Of a stretch of 64,000 nt of DNA, positions 37,150 through 50,604 are shown piece after piece. Positions within the stretch are counted from its first letter, which is position 1. Every line of letters starts with the position of its first letter. Under the pieces are notes generated by a model. The model ran no database searches and was not told where the DNA came from. It saw only the letters and a program-made list of their open reading frames with translations. The DNA lies in assembly GCA_023515725.1 (NCBI GenBank), contig JALDTO010000266.1, positions 1,445,607 through 1,509,606 on the forward strand, given 5' to 3'. A program made the translations under genes and the position numbers. This DNA is from Amoeboaphelidium protococcarum X5 (lineage: Eukaryota; Fungi; Aphelidiomycota).

Positions 37150-38873
37150 GATGTACTATGAATGAATTCTATCTATATAAATGTATTCTAAGTGATTATT
37201 AAAATATAAAGAGAAGAAGAGAGTGTGCAACCATCACCTGTTAATCTAGTGTTCAATCCAATCCGATTATATTCTCGTCTCCAATCAGATACCTTTGTCA
37301 AATTGTAGAAATACGATAATCGATAAATTAGATTTGGAGTGCACAGTCGAAATCACAATGGAACTCTATAGAAGAAGAATTACTATTGAGACGAGGCAGC
37401 TTAGATGGAAAAGTAAGATCATCTAGAGGTGCTTGCGATAGACTCACGACGCTCTTAAACAATTTCTTCAATGAAGTGTGAGCAATTCAGTGAAACATCG
37501 CATGCGACGTTCGGAATGTATTTATTGTGTTAAGGATGATACCTGCTTTGTTTAGATTCGGCCAATACGTGTGTGTTCTAAATACAAGCGCCAAATAGAT
37601 AAAGAAATCTTACAAATACTATATCAAGGCAATATATAAAGTCTAATTAAGAATCATCCTTGTCGCACTTCTTAGGCAATACTCTAATTGTAAGACTGAG
37701 TGAGATCGACACACTCTTTCAGCATCAAATTGAAACGACGCGAATCTTCAGATCGACTTGGACGCGTCCTTGTCTAAGACAGCAGCCACTTTGGACTTTC
37801 AAGTACATGATTATTGAATGGACTCCAGATATTGAACAGATAATACATCACATAGACCAGAAGTATTAGTAAATTCAGAAGCACCCAATTAGGCACCAGG
37901 AATGCTACAAGCGGGAGAATAAGACATCCGATCGACCATTGAAATTATAATAAGACAGATGCATTGGCACTTCCAAGCTACTTTTATGGTTGAACCTCCT
38001 CCAATGAGCCGTCTCCAATGTCAATCACATCTTAATCCAAATTTTCGCCCTCTTCAAAGCTGGATTCAGTCTACTACTACACAGCAACTAATGGTCTTCG
38101 CTTAGCATTGGAGCTTAGTAGAGATATCAAAGATGACGGACTTTATGCAATTTCAGCGTCACTCAGTGGTCTCATAGACTATTTACGCTAAGTATCGATA
38201 TACTCGGTTATCATCTATGACGAAAATGTTGCCCATTCAACTCCCCAAACATAAGATATCACGCCATTGCCTCCTATTCCGGCGCCCATTAGAAGACGAA
38301 ATGTAAGAAGGACGTAATACATACCGCGACCATTGAGCGAGGATGATTGATCAACATTGTGCGCATTCAAGTAAAACAATAAAACGACTCCTACGGCACA
38401 TTATCCAACAATAGTCAATAAAGTGAATGCAAAGCTCAATCTCAACGCGTAGAGTCTACCAGCTCTATCGCTGATCCAGGACAGCACTGTAGCACCTAGA
38501 AGCCAGCCAATAAATACAACAGTGTTAAACATTGGAGTATCAAAATTTTACCCATAATCGGTATTGACTAGATACGGAAACATTGATTAAATGGTATTCA
38601 ATCTTTTTATGCCGCTCTCCCCCTACGCAGGATCAATTTTCAATGTGAACACTGGAGCAAGCACCAGGAATGCACCGATTAACCATACAAGCGATAGTCG
38701 GAAACATTATACCGTCTGATAATACGCAGTAAGTTCATCAGGAATCACTATTCTGGACGTGATCTAAAGCAATTTGGTAAACACTCTCATATCATATATA
38801 GTTAAAGTATAAAAAACCCAACTCAATAATAATAATAAGCAATATAAATATTACAATCTAATGAGGCGATTAA

Positions 38874-39830
38874 ATGCAGCAATAACTGAAAAGGTGGATA
38901 AACTCAAATCAGAGACTTTCAATCTCCAAAGAGCCAATCAGCATCGCCGCCTCTCTCAACTTCAAAGGCTTTCTTCTATCTATCCGGTAGTAAATTGATA
39001 TTAGAAATTACTTTAGCTCTTTATCATTCGAATTGGAATATATAGTGATGATCGCTGAAGATTAATAATAATTATAATAATAAAATATCATGTCATATGT
39101 TCGGAAAGGCATCGTGTTTTCAATACTGTGGTTCACCGCTGCAATGTCATATTATGGAATTACATTGACTAAACACAGCGAAAATGTGTACATAGGATCT
39201 TTTCTAGTGGCTCTTATTGGTATTCCTGGTTAGATTGGATCCGCTGCTTTTGTCAGGTTACTTACGCGATATAATCCATTGTATTATCTCAAGCGTGCAA
39301 CGTAGTAGTAGTAGTAATAGTATCAAGAAGTTGGAGATCATCCTTAGTAGACATCATCCCTTGCTTAGCAGTATCGCGAGTAATCTAGAAGTGATATCGA
39401 TGGAGTGTGGTTGGGGGTTGTCATGTCTACACTCATATCCGGCATTTTGTTTATACTTTTATTTGTGATTTAGAGTTAGATAGTATAATCTAGTAGCGGT
39501 ATGCGATGGCTTATCACTGTCATCTCTCTGATCGCCCACTTTTTTGTGTCTCTGGAATTCACGCTCTGCTACACTCTGACCGGTGCCGCTTTTCATACCA
39601 GTATCAGAGGCCGTGCTGTAGGACTTTGTGTGATGGTTGCCAGATTCGGTGCCATACTGTCTCCGTTCATTACTGAGTACAAATTGCCGGGAGATTCTGA
39701 CGCGCCGTCTGATGGACTGAGTACGCTTGCCTGTATTGTATTGGGTACATGTAGTATTGCATCCTCTGTCGGTCTCCTCTTCATAAGGAATGATGTCCAC
39801 TGCAATGACTTTGACTAATTATCACGCTGA
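38874..39830 (+). CDS. MFS (SLC22/sugar-porter-like) transporter, C-terminal half only
   Basis: ILWFTAAMSYYGITL and FHTSIRGRAVGLCVMVARFGAILSPFI correspond to TM7-12 motifs. An in-frame TGA at 38862 precedes the ORF and no N-half is visible upstream, so the start is uncertain. Confidence 0.6.
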
Positions 39831-40127
39831 TCTTAACGCGTTAAATTCAATACATAGAGCTTTGCTATTAATTTCTTTTAATTTTATATATATAGCAATT
39901 TGACATCTGTAGTACTTCATTGAAGTTTCAGTCGAATATGATCTTGTTGCAGGTCGTTTCGTCAAGTCCTTTTCCACTCCATTGGGGCCGATCACTCGGT
40001 TAATCTTCGTTCCGGTTGAGCGTTCGGCACTGTTCTCATCAGCGCACTCTCTTCTCTCTTTCTTCATTCTGTGATTTATTTATGCAACTCTGTGACGCGA
40101 TATTGGGCAGATTAGACGTTCAGGAGT

Positions 40128-41789
40128 ATGGAGGATAGTGGTAAAGTTGATCAAGGAGTCTAGGTGGTGGAATAAAGACCTGTTCAAGAGCTTCTCAATG
40201 GTACCGCTAGTTAATAGTAGCCATTATCATCGTCACGACTATAAGAGTAGTAGTAATAAGAGTAGAATTAAAGTAAAAAGAAGAAGCGAATAAGGAAAAA
40301 GAAGACTAAATTAAAGCCGGACGGTGGTGATACGGCAATATAATCTAGTAGTACATCTCAAGGCGGTCAAGTAGTTGAGCCTTCGTCATCCAAAGACAAA
40401 TAGGGTGAGCAATAGAATTCCAAAGTAACTGGACAGCGTAAAAAGAATAGAAAGAAGAAGAGCAAACCGCCTAAAGATGGACTAGATAAGACTTAGTCTG
40501 GTGACGTATAAAGTGCTGTGGTGACTAAGAATTCAATCACTGAGGGACCTGAATAGTAGCAGTAAAGTCGCAGTAATAAAGCACGAGACTAGCAAAAGAA
40601 AAGATAAGCTTAACCGCGTAAAACTAAGGCAGAGTTGCTGAAATAGTATGAAATGGAATCACTAAACTAGTTGAATCTTAAAGAGTCTTTGAAGAAGGCA
40701 CTTGATGCTGAGGTTTATACTTGTTCAATCTGCTGTGAAAATGTTAGATTCCGTGACGCAATTTGGTCTTGTGATAATTGTTATGGAGTACTGCATTTGA
40801 AATGTGTCTCCGAGTGGGCCCAGCACTCTGTAAAATCTGTATCTTTAGTCGGCTCCACTCAGTCTTAGCAATAATAGGTATGGAGATGTCCCAATTGTCA
40901 GCAATAACGGTCTGCACTTCCTAAAAAGTACTTTTGCTTCTGTGGCAAGTTGGAGAATCCAGCGGGTGATAGATTCATGAGCGCTCATTCATGTGGCTAG
41001 TAGTGTCAGAAATTGTTGGGATTGCAGAAGCTTTTGCAATAAACATCACGCTCGCTGTTTGATGACAGCTCCAGTTCTTAGCTCTACAAATGTCCTCATA
41101 AATGTACCAGTTTGTGTCATGCGGGTCCGTGCGATCCTTGTGATGCAATGGCCCCTCCGTCTGTTTGTGGTTGTTATTGTGGCAAGACGCGTCTGTAGTT
41201 GAAGTGTCGCTATTTAATTATGGATTAGTAGGCACTAGGTGCTGGATAATTGTTGGAGTAGAAGAGCTGTGGCTAGTAATGTGATAAGATGCTAAGCTGT
41301 GGTAAACACAAATGTTAGAAATCGTGTCATGCCGGTAATTGTGGACCATGCTCGGTGACTTACAACGTTAAATGCTATTGTGGATAATCTGCGAAGGATG
41401 TTTTATGCGTATCTGGCGGCCTCGGCCAATAACTACTTCCTTATCAGTGTGGGAGAACGTGTGGTTAAGCTTAATTTCCACAATTACGCGCGAAGAAGCT
41501 CGAAAATCAGTAATAAAGTAATAAAATGCAGTGTGAAAACTGTGGTGATGATATTGTATCCAGCAAAAGTATGTGTGGTGTATGCGCTGCAGCATCTGAT
41601 GTTCTGTCTGGTATTGGTATCGGTATCTCTTTGAATGATTTGAGTGTAAAAAGTGCAACCTCTTCTGCCGATAGTGTGCCCTGTTCAGTGAAAGTGGTTG
41701 TATCGGTGCCTGTAGGCTCATCAATATTAAAGGACCTAAAAGCAAACTTCCCTGCCACGCCCGTCACTCTCATGCCAAATCTGGCATGA
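40128..41789 (+). CDS. NF-X1/Fap1-type RING/PHD + NF-X1 zinc-finger protein, apparently C-terminally truncated
   Basis: CSICC...IWSCDNCYGVLHLKC..EW...WRCPNCQ, YFCFCGK and HSCG, plus repeats CPHKC...CHAGPC and CGKHKC...CHAGNC. Homology stops at ~41470 and the frame runs through unrelated sequence to TGA at 41787. Confidence 0.75.
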
Positions 41790-42970
41790 GAGTGAAAGGA
41801 GGAGATATTGCTGCTACGTAACGTGATAAAAAGCCAGTTGATGACTACGCATCCAATCTGCAAGACAGGTTTGATAATATGTCCAAGGAGGAGGTTATCT
41901 AGAAGTTGCGCTCAAGTCGTATGTTCTAACACAAGTCTGGTTCAAAAGAGGATGATACTGAGGCTGCACACGTTCTCGGCCGCGCCATAGCATTGGATGC
42001 AATTGAGGCTTAAAAAGAGAAGCTGAGTAAGGATGAGATTGTGTAAATGGTTCGCGTAATTGATTAGGGCACCAGAATCAAACAGCGCAACTCGCGTGCA
42101 ATGACGAAAGCTTTGAATTCAGCAGGAAATGCCAAGGATAGTAAAAATGAGCGTGCACTAGTTAGGTCTATTAAAAATGGTGAAACTCTCAATAAAGAAA
42201 ATACCGCTCACGTGACGAAGATGGTAAGTTTTGTACTGAAGAATCCTGATTTGAAATAAAAACAAGCAGAAATTCTTCTGGATCATGTTGCCAAATGCAA
42301 TCATAATGGTGCTTCTGTTATGGTTCATATAAAAAAGAATATTGAGCTCGGTGGGAAGTCTGATACTGGAGTTCGCAAGGCATTTGACTAGGTATATAGC
42401 AAACAAGTCGACGATTTTATTGAATGCGTTCAGCATGCTAAAGAGAAGAACATTACAGTTGACGGCGTCATCGACAAAAGGTCGGCATTGGTGACACGTG
42501 GCTATGTATCATATACTCAGGAAAAGAAGGTTAGTAAAAAATGCACGGCCTTTAAACGTGGAATTATTGACGAAGATGGCCAATTCATTAAAGACGCTCC
42601 ACTGTTGAAGGTTGAATCTCGAAAATCGGTAGCAGGTGAGAAATCCAAACCTTCAACTGGTATCGGTGAACGGGAATTGACTCAATACTCTGGAATTGGA
42701 AGGCTTAAAGCGACTGACTATTTGCCTTCTGGCGAGGTCAATTATGGCAGTCCTAAGGTTGCGCCAACAATTTACTAGGGAATTGGCAGACCCAGAGCTA
42801 CAGATTACATGCCCAGCAGGCAGATCAATTATGGGAACTCATATTCAAGTTCAAGTTATAGTGGAAGCAGTTCTAGCTATAGCAGTAGCTAACAAACTAC
42901 GTATTCAGGTAGAGGAAGGCCTAGAAATTCAGACTACTTACCAGGTGGCGGTATCAATTACGGTCGCTGA
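41786..42970 (+). CDS. Hypothetical protein with three C-terminal YxGxGRxxxxDYxPxxxxNYG repeats
   Basis: ~390-codon TGA-free frame with three clear ~21-aa repeats. The true start may lie upstream (~41526). Confidence 0.6.
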
Positions 42971-43276
42971 ATTTCAATTTGCGTTTGAATTAGCTAATTG
43001 AGTTTAAAATTGATTGAATTATGATAAATATATGTAATACACTTTGGATATCCTCTTACTTAGTCAGCTGCAACGCAACCTACGATTGTTAAATCGATAC
43101 TCTCTCTCTCATGTAATGATACGATTTCTGACGTTTAACTATCGCCATTCAAGATGGAAGCCGTTATTGTTTCCATTTGCTCAAGCCAATGCCTGAACCG
43201 CTTTGAGTGGCGATTCCAACTTGGAATATTTCATACGAATTAAATTAGCAATAAAGAGTATTTTCCGAGGTGTCGG

Positions 43277-43509
43277 TGTTGTTGATTATTTGTGTTGTGG
43301 TATGAGTAAAATGATATACGGTTAAGTAATTAGTATTAATTTCACGTAATCATAAAAAAAGAGAAATCATTATTCAGATATCGACCTTGATCAATCGGTC
43401 AGCTGATTAGTTGGTGTAATCTGTAACATTCCGAGTCCAATCATTGCTGTACTTGATGCTTGGCAGTCTTGCCAAGTGATCTGAACATCACTGTAGACGT
43501 GCATCAACA
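43277..43509 (-). repeat. Putative 3' LTR of truncated Copia
   Basis: On the minus strand it starts TGTTG just after the pol stop and a purine-rich tract, and ends CAACA. There is no second copy in the window to confirm it. Confidence 0.5.
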
Positions 43510-46165
43510 CTCGGCCTGTTCAGTATTCACGCAGCAACCCCATACCAGCACGATGTTTTGCCTACGCATCTCTTGACAATGCTTTTGTAAGCGCATCGGC
43601 TGTTTCAGTTAGACAATATTACAGTTTGACTACTCCATCAGCAACTAACTCTCGTACAAAGTGATATTTCACTTCGATATGTTTGGTCCTCTGAAACTTT
43701 TCGGGATTTTTGCTCAAGGCGATACAGGCCTGGTTATCTTCCATAACAAATAGAGCATCCTTTGGATGAGATTTCACTTGTTTCAGCATCAACTTATTCA
43801 TAGAGACAGCCCCACAATTTTAATCAGTTTCAAACATGCCTATTTCAATAAGCATTTCTTTCATCCAAACCAACACCTGACAAGCCTAGTATACAGAATA
43901 GTATTCAGCATCTGCTGTGCTCTGAGCAATCTTGATTTGTAGATTTGATTTCCACGTGACAGCTTCATTACACACTTTGACTATTAGGCCTGTGATCGAT
44001 CTTGCGGTAGTCAGATCAGACGCAAAATCAGCGTCCGCATACGCTAGGGGCTTCCAGTCAGTGTTCCCATCAAACGTGAGCTTGAAGTCACGCGTAACTT
44101 TCAAATAGCGCAACAACCTCTTGGCTTACTGCAGTGCAACATCAAATCGATGTTCGAGACAGGATGACAGCTAACTTACGGCAAATGAAATGTCTGGTCT
44201 GGTTGCCACCATTAAATACATTACGCTTCCGATCAGCGTCCGATATTGAGACTTCGGAATTGAATTAGCGATATCAGATTTAGCAGCTATTGGCTTAGCA
44301 AATGGAGTCAAAGCAGGATTACAATTACTCAGATTGAAACGCGATAAGATCTTGTCTATGTAAGCGGGCTGACTTAGAGCAATAGTCTTCTTCTCCCAAT
44401 TGCATTCAACTTTCATGCCAACAATGAATTCAGCAACGCCAGGATCTTTCATATCAAATTTCCTTTACAATTCTTATTACAGTCTCTTAACGTCATTGCT
44501 TTCTTTTGCAATTAACAAAATGTCATCCACGTACAATACAATCAGAGACAACCATCCTTTGTATCTTCTGAAATATAGGCAATTGTCTGCACGTGATCTT
44601 TCAAATCCAAGCTCTTTTAAAAGAGAATCAACGGCTGTATTCCAGCATCTTGGAGCTTGTTTCAAGCCATAAAGACTTCGTTGCAGTTTAACAATTTTCC
44701 CTTCAAGCTCAGTCCCACTTGGACCATGCATATAAATATCTTCCTCCAAATGACCGTTCAGAAATGCAGTTGAGAAATCCATTTGACGAACTAGCAAATC
44801 ATTATGAGCAGCTATGGCAAGTGTAAGTCTGATGGTAGAAAATTTTGCAACAGGCGCAAAGACTTTGTTGTAATCAATTCCAGCTTTCTGTTTAAAACCT
44901 TTGACGACAAGTCTTGCCTCATATTTCTCTACCGTACCATCAGATTTGGTCTTGATTTTGAACCCACTTGCATGGCAATGGCTTTCTATCAGCCGGAGCT
45001 TGGTCGCCGACTTCCCACGTCGAGTCCTTGAGGAGACTTGTGTACTCGGAATTAATGGCTTTCTGCCATCCGCGCCAGTCTGATTATTGACGCGCTTCTT
45101 CTATAGTAGAAGGAATAGGATGCAAATCTATACTCAGTGCAGTAACAGGTGGTTAAGTGCAGGCAATCAAGGCATTAAGCAACGTATCTTCAGCTTCAAT
45201 CCAACCAAAGTCTGGTTGTAGTATTTATGTCAGCAAGGAAGAACTTTCATCTTCGGCTGAATCCAGACGTGGAATGGGCCATTCATCATCTGCGCACGAC
45301 AATGTGGAACCAGGAGAAGCGTTATCAAACACGTGCAAGTCGTCAGAGCTCTCGCCCTTTGTAGACATACCTTCAAATTATGCTTCTTCACCAAGAGTCG
45401 CTGACGCATCTGAATCAATGTTGAAGGGAATGGGGACACTTTCTGTGTCAATATTCGAATAATCTGCCCAAGGCACATGCTTTTAGTTTTCTTCGCCCTG
45501 TTCATGTTGATCGTTCTCATGTTCCGAACATTTGACCAGAACTTTAGAGTGCACCAGCATATCATCGTGTGCTTGTTTTTGCAGACTATGGAGAGCTTCC
45601 TCTGACTGGAACGACATCATGTTATCAGAGTTTGGAAGACTTGCAAACCATTTCACCACTTTTTGATCAGAATGAGTATCATCATTGTTGAACGCGGTCT
45701 CATAAAAGACAACCTCATTAAATGGAACATCAATGACCAACCTCTTGTTTTTGTGAAGAACTTTGTAAAAATTCTTGCCATAACCGACAAAATAGCCTTA
45801 TTCGGCTACAGCTCCAAACTTAAACTTGGAGGATCGTGCTTCTTTCCGTACATAATAGAGTACCTTACAACCAAACACTCAAAGTTTTGACAGATCAGGT
45901 CGTTTACCATAATAAGACTCAAATGGAGAAATCATTTTGGCTTTGGCATCACTATTGGAAGCGGTTAACTGACAATTTTGTAAATGCACAGCGACTTCTG
46001 TAGCCATTCCCCATAAACTTGGTGGCAATCCTGATTACAACAGCAACGCTGTAACCATTACAATACTACTGCGATTTTAGCGTTCAGATTTGCCATTCAG
46101 TTACGGAGTGTGACGAGTACCAGGTTCAAACTTGATACCACGCGTTGCACACCATTAGATTAGAA
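43277..46165 (-). mobile_element. 5'-truncated, degenerate Ty1/Copia LTR retrotransposon (partial integrase, RT, RNase H, putative 3' LTR)
   Basis: TPQLNGKSERQNR (IN); QMDFSTAFLNG, LYGLKQAPRCW and YVDD (RT); ADADFA, EDNQACI, RTKHIEVKYHF and ADALTK (RH). The frame shifts between IN and RT. Pol ends at TGA 43520-43522. Confidence 0.9.
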
Positions 46166-46618
46166 TGTATTTAATAAATTCTCCATATATAAATATTTAA
46201 GCAGATACTTGTAGCGTTTGTCACGAATTAGTAGGAATGCATTTAAAACGAAGAAAAGGCAGTTAAAGACTCTGTGTAGCAGCAGGCCATTGTCGAAAAT
46301 AGATGTTAGTGTCTCGACCAATAGAGCTTTGTCAACAGGCACACATATATATTTTATCAAAATTCATGTCTATCTTGGTTATATTGAACAAATTCGTACA
46401 GGATATAATCAAAGGAAAGGAATTGTAGATTTAAACATAGCAGCCAATAGAATTGGTTCAAGCCATCTTTTTTCAAACTATAATCCTAATCGATCGAATC
46501 AGCACATTGTTTCACAAATTCTCAATCCATGTTTATTCCTTTATTACAACTCTACCACATCCACAACAACTATTTACAATTGCTTCAAACTCTTGTAAAT
46601 TATTATATCGTATTTAAA

Positions 46619-47262
46619 ATGGACAACTAATAGACATCTCAAATGCTGATGAAATTACAATTTGAATTAAACGCACAGAAGCAAAGGCTTGACGCGTAAG
46701 AGGATAAATTGGCGGTTCAAGAAAAGTAATTGGCGGTACAAGATAAGTAGATAGTGCAGCTCAAAAAGGAAAATACGGCGCTTAAAGAAGCAAATTTCGA
46801 ACTGAAACAGCAAAACGACTCGTTATAAAAGCAAATATCTGGTAATCATATTAGAATTGCTCAACTAGCGGAGGAATATAAGGATCTCCGAAACAAGATG
46901 CGCGATTCGCGCTTTGCTGTAAATTCATTTGCTGCTGCATGTAAACTAGCGAAATAAGTGGTAAAAACATAGTCTTTCTGCAATTGACTCTATCATCACT
47001 GGGTTCTTTTGCGTAGGTAACCGTCTTAAATGGAGTAATATTTGCTGCTTTGCTCTCTTATACTATCGCCATCGGTATAGTGTTGGGCGGTGTTAACGCT
47101 GCCATTGCTGCGTTGTTGGTCGGATGGCCTCCGATATTATCTCCTCTAATGGCTGCTTATTGGGTTGCAATGAAAGATATAAATCTTAATGAGGCGAATA
47201 TCGAAAATGATAAACATCTGTAGCAGTCTTTAGATAATTTATTGTAGTTGAAGACTGACTGA
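46619..47262 (+). CDS. Hypothetical coiled-coil protein with two C-terminal TM segments; probable intron 46961-47016
   Basis: Heptad-rich exon 1 with a duplicated LAVQ(E/D)KQ unit. A phase-0 GT..TAG intron joins it to a hydrophobic exon 2 ending in TGA. Confidence 0.5.
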
Positions 47263-47696
47263 TTGACATATTACAGGACGTGGTGTGGGGTATTGATCCA
47301 GACAAGATGTAGCATGGCCAATATATTGAACTAAAATGTAGCAGATTTGCATTCACTCGTTTTTTTCAAATCAATTGAATTTCCCTTAATTAATCAATTA
47401 ATAGTAAGTGTACTTGTGGAGTCACCAAGATGTAACAAGGATTCAAGATCAAGAGCCTATACTGTACTGTACATTGCCAAGTTGCAAAGACGTCGCTACT
47501 GCATCACACGCGTCCAGCTTCAATTTTTCATTGAAAACATGGGTATTATTTAAAAATTGGTTAAATTAATTAATTAATTAATCCCAAAGGTGAATGGTAC
47601 AAATGTGATGATGAAGGGCAAATGAAGGTGATAATGTGATAATCAAAATCGGACAAGCAATTTTTCTTTGCAAATGATCACCACGCTTTGTAAAAA

Positions 47697-49073
47697 ATGT
47701 CACTCCAACAACTCCTGAGCACACACTTGTCGGTCATTCCGAAAGCAGCTAATACTTAAGAAGTAAAGTCTCAACTGGATTACGCACTTCATAATGCTCG
47801 GAGCTCACTCAGCGACAAGTACGACGAGATGGCCATTTTTTGTTGCCGCTGGCACACAGATGATACAGGAAGCGATCAAGATTGCGAACTCTTCAGCGAA
47901 ACTATGTCCTCTTTGTTTTCTGTATGTAAAGCTAAGCGTGTATACAGCATCATGGAGGACGAAGATTATGATGATTGGTTGACAGCATGCGCCGAGATTA
48001 GGAAGTCATTGAATAAATCGAAGCGAACGTTGTTCATATTCTTTTACGCCGGACATGCTACCAAGTCTTCTACGTCATCCTCCCTCATTCTGACTTCGAA
48101 ATTTGAAAATGCCATTGACGATGGTATTTGTAGTACCTAAAGGAATTTTTCTCGAATCAACACGGCGTTGTTGGATGATTGTCGCGCGAATCCTCTGATG
48201 GATGTTCTCATGGTTGCCGATTCATGCTGTGCAGCAGTTGGTGGACGAGGAAATGTGACAACGAGTGGAAGAATTGAATTTATTGCCGCCACGACTGAAA
48301 CAGGAATTTCGAATACAAGAGATGACGGGCAGACATTCACACAGGTTTGGTGTAAGGCGACGAATGAACCTGCCTCGAGCAGGGCAGAATTTACCACGGA
48401 TGATATCGCAGAAAAGATCAACGATGATCGTGAGTTGGCCCAGTATCCGCGCTTATTTGTTAAGCATCAAGGCAAGGGCCTACCGATTTCATTCTCAAAG
48501 CCTCGAGGTGATGCAGTTGTCGTCCTTTCTAAGAAGCCAACCCAGTTGCCAGTTGTATTGGTAGCGTTTCACCTCGCTGAAAGTCCCAGTGATGATGCGG
48601 TTAAAGACCTCACCGAATATTTAGCGAAAAGTGATATTCCTATTTCAGTTCTTGCTGCTTTGCTTGTTGATTCCACTTTGCTGTTGATCGAGTTACCCGA
48701 GTTGTTGTTGGACTTTCTTCATTTGGATCAATGCTATGTGACTTTGTGGCCGCTGGCGAAAACTTTAATGATTGATCGAAACAGTTTGCTGCACACTGTG
48801 TTCTTGTCAATGAAAACAAACTCGTACGGATCTCTTGACGCATTGGAGGTCAGATTGCGTGAATGGATTGCGGACGAAATCCCTTGGATTAGTCCAGAGA
48901 GGAAGCAAGAGGTTCAGAAGATCGCGGTAAAAGAGCTTCGTCAGAAATGGGTGAACTTGATGCAGCAGTCCAGCATAGTTGAAGTGTCCTTCAGTTGGAT
49001 AACCAACAATTTAAATTTGAACTTCAGCTATGTCGAAAGCGGTTAGGAATTTCATGGATCATAAAACAGCTGA
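47697..49073 (+). CDS. Caspase-like (clan CD, peptidase C14-fold) domain protein
   Basis: Continuous frame with TAR=Gln. His motif LFIFFYAGHA and Cys motif VLMVADSCCAA, followed by IEFIAAT...TFTQ. Confidence 0.7.
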
Positions 49074-49572
49074 TTAAGTAATTGATTTAAAGCTGATGTC
49101 ATGGTATATATTAAAAAAGATCATCCTTACAGATATTACTAGAATTGTCATCACTCAACTTTAAAACACAGAAGCAATTGATGAGACTGTCACCAACCTA
49201 CAGCTGACTACGATTTGATTTACGATACAGATCCACAGGCTGCTCAATCCTCCCTGTATCCATCGTGACTACATTTGGCATTGGAGGTATCAGAAACGTC
49301 GTCTTGGACGTAATGCGCCAGGTCTCTCTCCGTCATAAGTATTTCTGAACAGTAAGATATCGCGGGTGTTCCTCGCGGCGTTGACATAACGATTTCATAT
49401 AGTCATACTACAAAAGTTTTAACTTAAAGTGCGCATCATTCAATCAATTAAATTAGGGCAATATAATATTAAGAGAATATAAAACAGGGGTTGGGTAAAT
49501 ATAATGTATATAGACATAATGTAAAGAATAACTTTTCGTTTGATGTTTATAGAAAAACTGTGGTGAACAACT

Positions 49573-50604
49573 TCACTCTGCTGATAGTCTTTCCAGTTCT
49601 TCGACCTACAACTCGTCCATTACGCGGACCTTGGTGTAGATAGGTTACCCATCAATATATCTTGAAACATATTAGGGAATTATCTTCCTTAGAGAACCAG
49701 GACGAGCCTACTTCTTCGACGATGCGTCTTCCCTCTTCCTTTTCCGACCTTACTCCTTCTCACAGGTAAAAGCATCAGTAGAAGATGCCTGGATACTCTT
49801 CGAAGGCGTCGCTTCCACAGCAACAGGATCCAAGGAAGAAATTAAATCGTCTTCTCCACAGGCCAGTAAGCATATCGTAATTACATGCATAATAACACTG
49901 GTCATGACTTGGAGAGTATAAGAACGCGCCACCCTATCTCTAGAGTAAGGCTCATCATTTTAATAAGAATTGCCGCTAACAAAAGGCCAGGTGAATATCG
50001 CATCTCGACTATGATTCTCAACAAACACTTTAAAACATTTCTACGAGTAGATTATAGTGGGACACCCAGTGCGATATAAAGTGCAAAGCGTTTAGATCCC
50101 GCGAGAACCATGGTGCCACAATTTAGAGACTGGAAAAGCGGCAGCTCTTTTGGCCTCAGTCGCTAACAAAGGATTACCGGATAAACCTTTAAATATAGTG
50201 TCGGATTAACCACGAACATCATAGGTGGGATGTGCGAACAGGGCACCAACTACAAAAGGACTAGAATACGCGCGAGCGACGTGAATACCTAATGAAACTC
50301 CAATATTTATAACCACGTCATCAAATGCGCTTTATACCACAATCTCAGGACAATTATCTTCCAAATCAACGATTTTCTTAAAATACGGCGCAAGAGAGCA
50401 TTATTCATTACATTTTCCGTATAAGCATTGTACCAAGTTGAGGGTGCACCAAATATTTCCGCCAAGTGATTTAAAGTCGTAATCTACTACAGGCCACGAT
50501 AGAGATAGGGATTTAATACCAAGTGCTGCAGCTGTGACGCGGTTGGCTTCTTTATAACGCGTATAGTATCTGGAATAATGGATGAAGGACTCATAAACTC
50601 CCAT
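49573..50604 (-). CDS. Hypothetical protein with putative PD-(D/E)xK (REase-fold) nuclease domain
   Basis: 343-codon frame with TAR=Gln. GQSDTIF...LLATEAK matches D...ExK spacing and is followed by SRGIQTL..LY. The fold call is motif-level only. Confidence 0.5.

Noticed and set aside
37350-38860. Coding-like region with a short repeated GCACCAGGAATGC
   Set aside because: The frames I translated are broken by TGA and show no recognisable motif, so I cannot support a gene or element call.
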